Shown here: positions 17,889 through 25,866 of the stretch, in pieces
Layout of the letters: each line of letters starts with the position of its first letter
How positions within the stretch are numbered: position 1 is the stretch's first letter
Assembly (NCBI GenBank): GCA_964648855.1
Contig: CAZYLT010000015.1
Span: 28,682 to 60,681 of the forward strand
DNA from: an uncultured archaeon
GTDB taxonomy: Archaea; Asgardarchaeota; Thorarchaeia; Thorarchaeales; Thorarchaeaceae
Direction of reading: 5' to 3'
DNA: 32,000 nucleotides
The notes under the pieces: model-generated
What the model saw: only the letters and a program-made list of their open reading frames with translations
What the model was told of the DNA's origin: nothing
Databases searched by the model: none
Translations under genes and position numbers: made by a program

Positions 17889-18547
17889 AGAACACCTTTG
17901 ATGAAATGAGGGAGTATTGACTTCAAATCTTTTGATAGAATCGTGAGGGTTGCAGCCTCGCTCACTGCTGGAGATTCGGGGTTAAACGCTATGCTGAATT
18001 CACTCATATTGAATAACGGAATATCATTTTCTCCGTCGCCAACACTGGCGAGAACCTCCCTCGTGTAGCCATATTCCGACAGAACCTTTTGAGCAGCTTC
18101 TGCCTTCTGAGATGCACCCATTACGTACTGAACAGAACCGTCATGCCTACCGTCAATCTCTCCAAGCATATTCGAGTATGCAAAGTCTAGATCAAGTCTT
18201 CGTTTCAGCGGCCTGAGAAAGAACTGACTGACACCGCTTGAGATGCAGCCAACCGTATATCCCCATTCTTTCAAAGTAGATACTGTTTCTTCAGCACCCT
18301 TCATCAAAGACATCTCCTCAATAATATGATCAAGCGTGCCATCAACCGGGATTCCCTCCCAAATCCTCGCACCCTCTCGAATTGATTCAGATAGCGGCAA
18401 CTCTTTCTCAGTAACTTTCTGGAGAGTAGACATAAACTGCTTCTCTAGTCCTAGTTCTTTTGCTACTGGGTAGACTGCGCTTGGCCCGTCATATAGCACA
18501 CCGTCTAGATCTAATGATACGACCTCTATGTTTCTCTGCATTCTCAT
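17885..18547 (-). CDS. HAD-IB phosphatase, phosphoserine phosphatase SerB-like
   Basis: DLDGVL motif I, ISSG motif II, conserved Lys, GDGEND motif IV; 4-nt convergent overlap with the DegT gene. Confidence 0.85.
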   Translation of the reverse strand: MRMQRNIEVVSLDLDGVLYDGPSAVYPVAKELGLEKQFMSTLQKVTEKELPLSESIREGARIWEGIPVDGTLDHIIEEMSLMKGAEETVSTLKEWGYTVGCISSGVSQFFLRPLKRRLDLDFAYSNMLGEIDGRHDGSVQYVMGASQKAEAAQKVLSEYGYTREVLASVGDGENDIPLFNMSEFSIAFNPESPAVSEAATLTILSKDLKSILPHFIKGVL

Positions 18548-19021
18548 CGCCAGTCTGCAATATACTACATCTTGGATAACATATAACGTAATTATCGCTT
18601 TCGTTATGCATCTCGGGAATGAATATGAACATTATTCGAAAAAGGCAAATTGCATTACCTAATTCAAGGATAAGAACTACCTACGCGATAAAAGAGCAAC
18701 ACTTGCTGAAATCAGTTATGACATCGGAATGATCCCGCGTCGAGAGCTTTCTAAATTGCTCATCATATGCGGTAATGTTGGATTATGATGAAAAAGAATC
18801 ATCCAGAATAGAGCTGATGAGATTCCCGCCAAGTTGATTCATGTCTAATCCAGGAGCTGGTAGGAAACTCGTGAGACCAGGAGCAATACCGAAGAATTTG
18901 ATAATTGGAAAACGTGTCCTGTCTCGGATGGATGGTTCATGACGATTTATTACGTAGAACAACAGTCGGGCCGTATGCTGATTCGGATAGGGAAAAATTC
19001 TAGTTGATACATTACAAAGCC

Positions 19022-19408
19022 TCAGGAGATTCTTCTCCTCAAGAGAAATCCAAGATATCCACCTAGAAAACAAAGAGAGGCGAGAAGCACAGAAGATGTG
19101 ATGAGTTGAAGATAGATGTTTGCTAGATTTTGTTCAATTTCACTTGCGGAGTAGAACCCTTCGTCAATGAGATATTGAATATAGGTGGGCGCAGTTAGCA
19201 ATTGCAGAGGCAGATAGGCGATAATTCCTGAAAGGAATGAACCCAGAACAACCTTCCTTAAATTAGGGACTAAATATCCTACAACAGCACCGGCAACAAT
19301 TGGAGCAATGAAGAACAAAATGAAATACAGACCAAGGTTGAATAAAGCTCCCGCAACAATTATGCCGATGATTGCGAAATTGCTTAGTTTCTGTTCAGAT
19401 GACACCAT
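19022..19408 (-). CDS. Small membrane protein (DUF5518-like)
   Basis: 128 aa; 3-4 TM helices with a PIVAGAVVGY motif and a C-terminal GGYLG...RRR. Confidence 0.7.
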   Translation of the reverse strand: MVSSEQKLSNFAIIGIIVAGALFNLGLYFILFFIAPIVAGAVVGYLVPNLRKVVLGSFLSGIIAYLPLQLLTAPTYIQYLIDEGFYSASEIEQNLANIYLQLITSSVLLASLCFLGGYLGFLLRRRIS

Positions 19409-19532
19409 TGAGATCTAGTCCAGTACGCATAACAATGATAATATGTTTTAACAGTGCTGCTGATGTCGTGTCATCCAAAAACGCATAAAAGGCTGCAGAC
19501 AATGGTTTGCAAGAAAGACTTGGTGAGTATCT

Positions 19533-20681
19533 GTGTCAGCTGGTGAAAATGGGAATACGAAGTTCTGGAGAATACGGTCGATGTTTCTCAAGGAACTCAG
19601 ACTCATTCAGAATGACAAGTTTGCTCTTCTTTTGGTCTTTGTATTGCCTGGCATGATTATGGGTACAATGTACTTTGCAATTAACCAAGGTAATGTAGGA
19701 CAGGGCATGGGACAAACGAGCGCCGACGTAATATCGCTTGGTGTAGTTGATATTGACACCACAAATACATTTCCAGATGAGGACCTATCAGAAAACTTCA
19801 CTTGGTATCTTGAACAGAGCCCTGATTTTCTTGTCATAGAATATGAAACTGAAAAGGAAGCCCTTGATGCGCTCTACAGAGACGCAATTGATGCATATGC
19901 GGTCATCCCGTATGGTTTCGAGGGGAACATAACTGGCGACATTCCAGCCTTTGTCGATATACATATCAGTAGTACAAATTTCGATAGCCAATCAACTGTG
20001 TTCTCAGCATTTTCTGAGGTGGTAGAGGAATTCAGATATGATCATGGGTGGATCAAGGGAGAGATAGCCTATGAACGAGTTGGTGAATTTCAACCAACTG
20101 GAAACAGAATTGCATCTACATTTGGAGTCTTTCTACTGGTCTTTGCGGTCTTTATAGCGGTGTCTGCCACAGCAGCTCAAGCAATCGTTGGTGATATTCC
20201 TCTCAACAGAATGTTATTAACTCCAGCAACAAAACTAGAAGCAATTCTTGCCAAAGTTGCAGGCTACTTTGTCATAGGCGTTATTCAGGCTCAATTCCTA
20301 CTAATTCTGTGGATGACCCTATTTGGCGTAGTACCAAATACAGACTATCTGACGCTTAATATTATCTTAGCGCTAATGTCCATATCAGGGTCCTCTCTGG
20401 GCGTCTTGATATCAACGCTCGTTTCAACTCGACTGCAAGCAAATCAATCATTTCTATTTCTGCTGTTTGGTTCTCTAATCGTGGGAACCGGGTTCCTGAA
20501 TGTTGGCATTGTGGATGAACTCTATCCTCTGAATCTCGGGAGGATAATGATTATTGATACAGCGTTCAAGGGCATATCTATCTTTGATTTCCTCCGAGAA
20601 ATAGTGTTGATTCTGGGCGTTTCAATTGTAATGATACTTGCTGCTTGGGGTGTCTTCACGAAGAGGACTACATTGGCATGA
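19533..20681 (+). CDS. ABC-2 type exporter permease (orphan)
   Basis: KELR N-terminal motif, TM1, extracytoplasmic domain (GVVDID...AYAVIPYGF), LNRMLLTP...KV, 5 C-terminal TMs; GTG start after GGTGA. Confidence 0.88.
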   Translation: MSAGENGNTKFWRIRSMFLKELRLIQNDKFALLLVFVLPGMIMGTMYFAINQGNVGQGMGQTSADVISLGVVDIDTTNTFPDEDLSENFTWYLEQSPDFLVIEYETEKEALDALYRDAIDAYAVIPYGFEGNITGDIPAFVDIHISSTNFDSQSTVFSAFSEVVEEFRYDHGWIKGEIAYERVGEFQPTGNRIASTFGVFLLVFAVFIAVSATAAQAIVGDIPLNRMLLTPATKLEAILAKVAGYFVIGVIQAQFLLILWMTLFGVVPNTDYLTLNIILALMSISGSSLGVLISTLVSTRLQANQSFLFLLFGSLIVGTGFLNVGIVDELYPLNLGRIMIIDTAFKGISIFDFLREIVLILGVSIVMILAAWGVFTKRTTLA

Positions 20682-20770
20682 ATCGCTGAATTCTCTTTTC
20701 TCCGAAATTCATGCAACAGAATATAAGCAAGAATGACACTGATTGAAGCAAATATCGGAGGAACTGAAAC

Positions 20771-20974
20771 TTGAGCGTAGTCAAAGTCATTGAACTAATA
20801 GGCGAGAGCCCCAAAAGCTGGGAGGATGCAACTGAGAAGGCCCTTGAAATAGCCTCAAAAACTCTAAGAGGTATAAAGGGCATAGATGTTGATCATTTCA
20901 CAGCTAAGGTAAAGGACAACAAGATTGTCGCATATAGAGCGAATGTCAAAGTTGCATTTGAGTACGAGGTCTAA
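20771..20974 (+). CDS. Dodecin family flavin-binding protein
   Basis: KVIELIGESPKSWEDA...ASKTLRGI...YRANVKVAF; TTG start after GGAGG. Confidence 0.92.
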   Translation: MSVVKVIELIGESPKSWEDATEKALEIASKTLRGIKGIDVDHFTAKVKDNKIVAYRANVKVAFEYEV

Positions 20975-20992
20975 GTCTGTCCAGTGATAAAT

Positions 20993-21033
20993 GGGAACGA
21001 ACGTGAGAGTATATCGTTCCCTCTCTTTCTTTT
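20993..21033 (+). terminator. Hairpin plus T-rich tract after dodecin, between convergent genes
   Basis: GGGAACGA-13 nt-TCGTTCCC followed by TCTCTTTCTTTT. Confidence 0.6.
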
Positions 21034-21842
21034 CAGAATCCCAGACTTGCCAAAATGACCACTGCTGCATTATTGAATCCATGAGCGACAGTAGGGCCCA
21101 ACACTGAATAGTTTCTTCTTTGACATAAGTAGCCTAGAAAAATCCCAAGCACAAATCTAGCAACAAAACCCACAAATTCAAGATGAGCAAACGAAAATAT
21201 GAGCGAGGTTATCGCTAACGATGCTATCCTATAGTAATCTGTTTTGGGTCGCAAATACAAATCCATTCGCTTTTGAAGAAATCCTCGAAAAAGGACCTCT
21301 TCGCTGAAACCGACAATTCCAAACATAACGAGAACCCAAGCAATTGTTTCAAGAGTGCTGTTTGGTGTGAAAAAGCCCGCCGCTTCATCTTCTATTGGAA
21401 TTCCGCTATAAGTCACCACAAGGTAAGTGATGATTAGATTCGCAATAAGCATAACCACCCCAAATGCAAGACCCAAAAGAACTTCCTTTGCAGGCCGCCC
21501 AATCTTGATGCCAATGGAATGCAGTGAGAAGCCGTGTTTGCGGGCATAGTAGATTGGAGGGATGAGAAAACCCAGTTCAGTGAATGTTAGTACAAGAACC
21601 GACCAAGGCTGAAATACGATATCCATTGTTACCAAGTCCACTGTTACCAGTCCAGCAGCCAGCATGGGAATAAGGGTCACAAAAGTGAGAGCAATGGTCA
21701 GAGCAAATCCTGCACCAACGTATACTAATACACGAAAAAGTTGGTCCCAATCTACTTCTCTCTCGATGTCTTTGCCTGGCTCAAAAATATCAATTGACTC
21801 TGATTCCTTGAGTTCATGAATATCGGGGTCATCAATTACCAA
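21033..21842 (-). CDS. CPBP family (CAAX/Abi, Rce1-like) intramembrane glutamic endopeptidase
   Basis: EEVLFRG, FSFAH and HGFNN motifs; about 8 TM. Start re-placed at TTG 21842 after GGGAGG. Confidence 0.92.
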   Translation of the reverse strand: MVIDDPDIHELKESESIDIFEPGKDIEREVDWDQLFRVLVYVGAGFALTIALTFVTLIPMLAAGLVTVDLVTMDIVFQPWSVLVLTFTELGFLIPPIYYARKHGFSLHSIGIKIGRPAKEVLLGLAFGVVMLIANLIITYLVVTYSGIPIEDEAAGFFTPNSTLETIAWVLVMFGIVGFSEEVLFRGFLQKRMDLYLRPKTDYYRIASLAITSLIFSFAHLEFVGFVARFVLGIFLGYLCQRRNYSVLGPTVAHGFNNAAVVILASLGF

Positions 21843-21976
21843 TAAGGTGGCCTCCCGGAAATCTAAGGCGAGTAGGAGATAAGATTTTGGATTCATGTCT
21901 TGCTCCATTAACATAGGCTTTATGTGCAGATGCATATTCTTGCATAGAAAACAGATAGCCTTGGCGGCACCAAGAG

Positions 21977-23971
21977 ATGGAGAATCCAGATAGAGTTCCG
22001 ATTCGAAAGCGAGGTACGGTGATCTTGCTAATCACAATTGTCGTTCTTTCTAGCACGTTTGTTTTCCTCATTATTCCAAAAGCTTTCATTGGAGCAGATC
22101 TCACAGAAAGAGTAGCTGTAATAGACTCCGGTTTGGACGAAAATTCCATTCTCTCATCACGAGTAGTAGCACAAAGGAGCTTCATAAACACAACATATGG
22201 ATATAGAACGGATGACCCATCAGTAAGTGATAGCGAACCCAATGGTAGAAAACATGGAACATACGTCGCATCCATAATAGCCCAAGAAGCACCTCATGCA
22301 GCCATAGTCAACGCAAAGGTGATAACTGCTGACGATATTGCAACTACACGAGGGATTATTGCTGCAATTCAATGGAGCATTGAACAGAATTGTACAGTCA
22401 TCAATCTTAGTCTCGGCGGAACTCCTCAATTAACAAGCACTCTGCGCGATGCTATAGTGCGAGCTTTTCATCAAGGGGTTTCAATCGTAGCAGCCGTGGG
22501 AAATGGAGGGTTGAACGGGATATCCGGAACCAGTGTAGAAGCACCTGCTGCATATCCAGAGGTCATTGGAGTTGCCGCACTAAATGAGAATAATGAACCC
22601 TTCTCATTTTCTGGTCGCGGACCCTATTATGCCAGGTCACTAAAGCCTGACATCTCTGCAAGGGGATTTTACACTTCAGGTTCAACTACGGTTTTTGGAA
22701 CGAGCTTTGCCGCACCCATAGTATCTGCGGGAGTTGCTAGAATCATTCGATATTGCCGGGTGAAGAACTGGGATTGGACACCCGGTATGATAAAAGCAGC
22801 ATTGATGATGGGAGCTCACTATTCTCCTTTTGAGTACTGGGAAGTTGGGTCAGGAGTTATCGATGTTGACCCTGCATTAAGATTCCTCGACTCATCACAG
22901 AAGGATGGTGATTTGCCGCTCATCGCTTGGTCAGTGCCCAACATTAGACCGTTCAGCTTTGAGAGATGGTTCGTAAATACGACTACACGGATAACCATTC
23001 CTATCTTTTCAAGCACAAATACAAGTTTCGCCCTTTCCATCCAAGGTGATGCTAAACCGTGGACAGACAATCCTAGCCTATTCCAAATAAATCAGGCAGG
23101 AGAGATTGAGCTTGAGATCGAGGTTATTGCAGGGGAGAAAACAGAAGACATCACTGGCCGGATGGTTCTGGATTCACAAGGTTACATGCAAGTTTGGTCC
23201 AATATCAGATTTGATGTGTCGGTACCTTTTGCCAAGATTGCTTTCGATACATCACATTCCTTATGGATGATAGATTCCATTTTTGGTCAATTTAGAACAT
23301 TTTATGAAAAAGTAACAAGCATAGGAATTGCAATTGAGGAAATCAGAATAGGCGACTCTATTACAACATCAACTCTGATGCAGTATGACGCAATTTTCGT
23401 GCTGGATCCTTGTTCATGGCAGTTCCAAGAGGTTGACGGTCAAATAAAGCCGGGCAATTCAATCAGATACAGCGATTCCGAGATTCAAGCATATCGTAAA
23501 TACTGGTCTCAAGGAGGAAGCATCATGCTTGTGGCAGGATACAATCAAAGCTTTGACATTGAAGGAGCCAATGAGCTGTACTCTGTATTCAATTTCACTC
23601 TAAACTATGATCAAATTCCTAGCGTTACATTCTTCACCAATGGAATCCCATCAACCAAGGAAATCACCGATATTCAGAACCATCCTATTACAGAAAGAGT
23701 TGAATCATTTGACTATAACGGATGTTCAATAACCATGGTAGGAGCTGCGGTAGCCCTCGCTTGGGCCACCGTAAATGAGGTTGATGAGGCTGGAGAGGCC
23801 CATGAGATTGTTCGTCCGATACTTGCCGCCGCAAACACTGGAGATTCCCGCATCATAGTATCCGGGAGTAATTTTTTCCTAGATAATTATGCCCTCAACG
23901 GATACTATCATTCGGATCAAAATTCGAAAATCATGCTTCAATCAGTATTCTGGCTGATAGGACTCATCTGA
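21977..23971 (+). CDS. Membrane-anchored S8 subtilase with a long C-terminal region; Site-1 protease (MBTPS1)-like architecture
   Basis: N-terminal basic stretch plus TM; catalytic D (VIDSG, 22124), H (HGTYVA, 22253), oxyanion N (AVGN), S (GTSFAAP, 22703); then a beta-rich domain and a GATase-like/DUF4350-like alpha/beta domain. Confidence 0.9.
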   Translation: MENPDRVPIRKRGTVILLITIVVLSSTFVFLIIPKAFIGADLTERVAVIDSGLDENSILSSRVVAQRSFINTTYGYRTDDPSVSDSEPNGRKHGTYVASIIAQEAPHAAIVNAKVITADDIATTRGIIAAIQWSIEQNCTVINLSLGGTPQLTSTLRDAIVRAFHQGVSIVAAVGNGGLNGISGTSVEAPAAYPEVIGVAALNENNEPFSFSGRGPYYARSLKPDISARGFYTSGSTTVFGTSFAAPIVSAGVARIIRYCRVKNWDWTPGMIKAALMMGAHYSPFEYWEVGSGVIDVDPALRFLDSSQKDGDLPLIAWSVPNIRPFSFERWFVNTTTRITIPIFSSTNTSFALSIQGDAKPWTDNPSLFQINQAGEIELEIEVIAGEKTEDITGRMVLDSQGYMQVWSNIRFDVSVPFAKIAFDTSHSLWMIDSIFGQFRTFYEKVTSIGIAIEEIRIGDSITTSTLMQYDAIFVLDPCSWQFQEVDGQIKPGNSIRYSDSEIQAYRKYWSQGGSIMLVAGYNQSFDIEGANELYSVFNFTLNYDQIPSVTFFTNGIPSTKEITDIQNHPITERVESFDYNGCSITMVGAAVALAWATVNEVDEAGEAHEIVRPILAAANTGDSRIIVSGSNFFLDNYALNGYYHSDQNSKIMLQSVFWLIGLI

Positions 23972-23972
23972 G

Positions 23973-24356
23973 TTACAGCATTGGAGCTATCTTCTCGCTG
24001 GCAGTCTTTGCGGCATACACAAGTAGACCAGTTTTCATGTCCTTTCTAGCGGCAAGAACTAATATCGCCTTTTCCCCAGCACCTCTAAGAATGATGAGAC
24101 CCTGATCGTTTGTAATGAGAACTTCTTCTAGAGTACCTTGATCCAATCGTTCAGCAGCCAAGTCTGCTACTCCTAGTATAGAAGCGGACATTGCAGCAAT
24201 TTCAGCTTCCTCGAGTCCATGAGGAACTGCAGAAGCAATTGGAAGCCCCTCTTTAGAGAGTAGTAACCACGCTCTGATACCAGCGGCAAGGGAGGTTGCT
24301 TCTTCCATAATCTCCCTCAGTTTACCCTGAAGTTCATCGAAATTTGGGTCAAACAT
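23973..24356 (-). CDS. Roadblock/LC7 domain protein
   Basis: LLSKEGLPIAS, IAAMSASIL, LEEVLI...GLIIL, KTGLL pattern. ATG 24356 follows GTGGTG (alternative GTG 24365). Confidence 0.92.
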   Translation of the reverse strand: MFDPNFDELQGKLREIMEEATSLAAGIRAWLLLSKEGLPIASAVPHGLEEAEIAAMSASILGVADLAAERLDQGTLEEVLITNDQGLIILRGAGEKAILVLAARKDMKTGLLVYAAKTASEKIAPML

Positions 24357-24566
24357 AGACACCACTCTCTTGAATCGGAGCCGTTCGTGTTGCTGGAGAT
24401 AAGTTGCGCATTAATAAAGCTTCACTGCAGGGTTAAAGAAAACAATTAGTACTACCAGAGCAATACACATAGAGTAAATTACAAATGCTCTAGGAACCAA
24501 AAAGCGTCAACATTCAGATTGCTCAATGCTTAATTTGCCTTCTGAATAGACACTGGATGAATAGCA

Positions 24567-25178
24567 ATGAATGAGCATATAGACCTCGGCAGTGAAGAAG
24601 GCAATGAGGAGAATCTTCAATGGAAAAAGGGAGTAAGGGTACTGGGAGTGGCTGAGAGTTTTGAAAAAAATGAGCCAAAAAGCCATGTTAGCGGGGTTAT
24701 TATGAGGGGGGACCTGCGAGTAGATGGTTTTGGATTTTGCATGCCCACGGTTGGAGGAAGAGATGCATCGCAAGAGCTATTGAGAATGTTCAATCAGATT
24801 GCCCGTGATGATATCCGCGCATGGATGCTCGGAGGAAGTGTAGTTTCATGGTTCAACATAATAGACATAAACCTGCTCTATTCTGAAACCGATGTTCCTG
24901 TGGTATGTGTTTCTTACGAAGATTCAGAAGGGATTGACGAATACATCAGAGAATACTTCCCAGATGATTATCCAGATAGAATAGAGATCCTAGCAAGTAT
25001 GGGCGATAGGACCAGGATCGGATTAGAGAGTGGCTTTGATGTGCATGTATTGACTGCGGGAATGAGCACAAAAAGCGCAAATAATCTGCTTAACATCTTT
25101 ACCTTGGACGGAAAAGTCCCAGAGCCTATCAGGGTTGCCCGGTTGCTCTCTGCAACATTTAGAGAATATATGCATTGA
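24567..25178 (+). CDS. DUF99 family protein (endonuclease V-like / endonuclease dU)
   Basis: KKGVRVLGVAESF, GVIMRGD..VDG, TVGGRDA, SWFNIID, GKVPEPIRVARL. Confidence 0.88.
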   Translation: MNEHIDLGSEEGNEENLQWKKGVRVLGVAESFEKNEPKSHVSGVIMRGDLRVDGFGFCMPTVGGRDASQELLRMFNQIARDDIRAWMLGGSVVSWFNIIDINLLYSETDVPVVCVSYEDSEGIDEYIREYFPDDYPDRIEILASMGDRTRIGLESGFDVHVLTAGMSTKSANNLLNIFTLDGKVPEPIRVARLLSATFREYMH

Positions 25179-25197
25179 TTGGGCTCTTCTAGTCTTA

Positions 25198-25803
25198 TTA
25201 TCGTGATTTTTGCCTCAGATGCTGGTTGTGCATTTCTTCAAGGCGGACATAAATAGCATCGGCAAGATCTATCTCTAATTGGCTAATTGCATTTCGGGAA
25301 TTGACAAAGAATTCATCTAGCAGTTTTGGATCAGCACCCGCCGTCTCAAGTGAAATGGCATGAAATAGCATATCAAGCAAATCGGCAGCACGAACCACCC
25401 GCTCTTCTAACGACATGTCTTCAGGCTGTACGTCAATTTCAATAGGCAATAGGGTCATAACAGGTTCTATAATTCTCCTAAATGCCTTTGCCTCGGCCTT
25501 ATCTTTTCCTGCTCTCATTTTTGCACCGCCTAGTGCTACAGCCCTTTTTGGAATGTCAGAAATCTCAGCCTCTGATATGTCATGCAAGAGTGACATCGTC
25601 AGAACCCGATCGACACTGATATCTGCTCCCGATTCAAAAATGCTTCTTGATATGAGCAGTGCAACCAGAGATGAGCCCCACGAGTGAGCTGCCACTGACT
25701 CGTAGTCAGCCACATGGACACCAGCAATCTGCCATCCTGAACGGTGGATTCGTTTCAGAGTCTCCGCCTTCAGAAGGAAATCAATAATGTTGTCTTCAAG
25801 CAT
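25198..25803 (-). CDS. HD-domain hydrolase (YfbR/HDDC2-like 5'-deoxynucleotidase)
   Basis: LKRIHRSGW, ESVAAHSW, LLHDISEA..SDIP, ADLLDM. Start ATG 25803; the upstream extension in the ORF track overlaps a hairpin. Confidence 0.88.
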   Translation of the reverse strand: MLEDNIIDFLLKAETLKRIHRSGWQIAGVHVADYESVAAHSWGSSLVALLISRSIFESGADISVDRVLTMSLLHDISEAEISDIPKRAVALGGAKMRAGKDKAEAKAFRRIIEPVMTLLPIEIDVQPEDMSLEERVVRAADLLDMLFHAISLETAGADPKLLDEFFVNSRNAISQLEIDLADAIYVRLEEMHNQHLRQKSR

Positions 25804-25817
25804 TTGGAACAATCCCA

Positions 25818-25850
25818 AAAGTAATAGAAGGGGAGATGAATTTCTCCCCT
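25818..25850 (-). terminator. Hairpin after the BMP gene (terminator or mRNA-stabilising stem)
   Basis: Minus strand AGGGGAGA-aattca-TCTCCCCT (25829-25850) followed by TCTATTACTTTT, 16 nt after the BMP stop. Confidence 0.6.
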
Positions 25851-25866
25851 GAAATCCCATATTGAC

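Noticed and set aside
16743-18547. DegT aminotransferase + HAD phosphatase as a kanosamine (NtdAB)-like pathway
   Set aside because: The genes are convergent, the HAD is SerB-like (IB) rather than Cof-type, and no dehydrogenase is nearby.
18783-19073. 96-aa minus-strand ORF
   Set aside because: It overlaps the upstream membrane gene out of frame and has no recognisable motif or SD.
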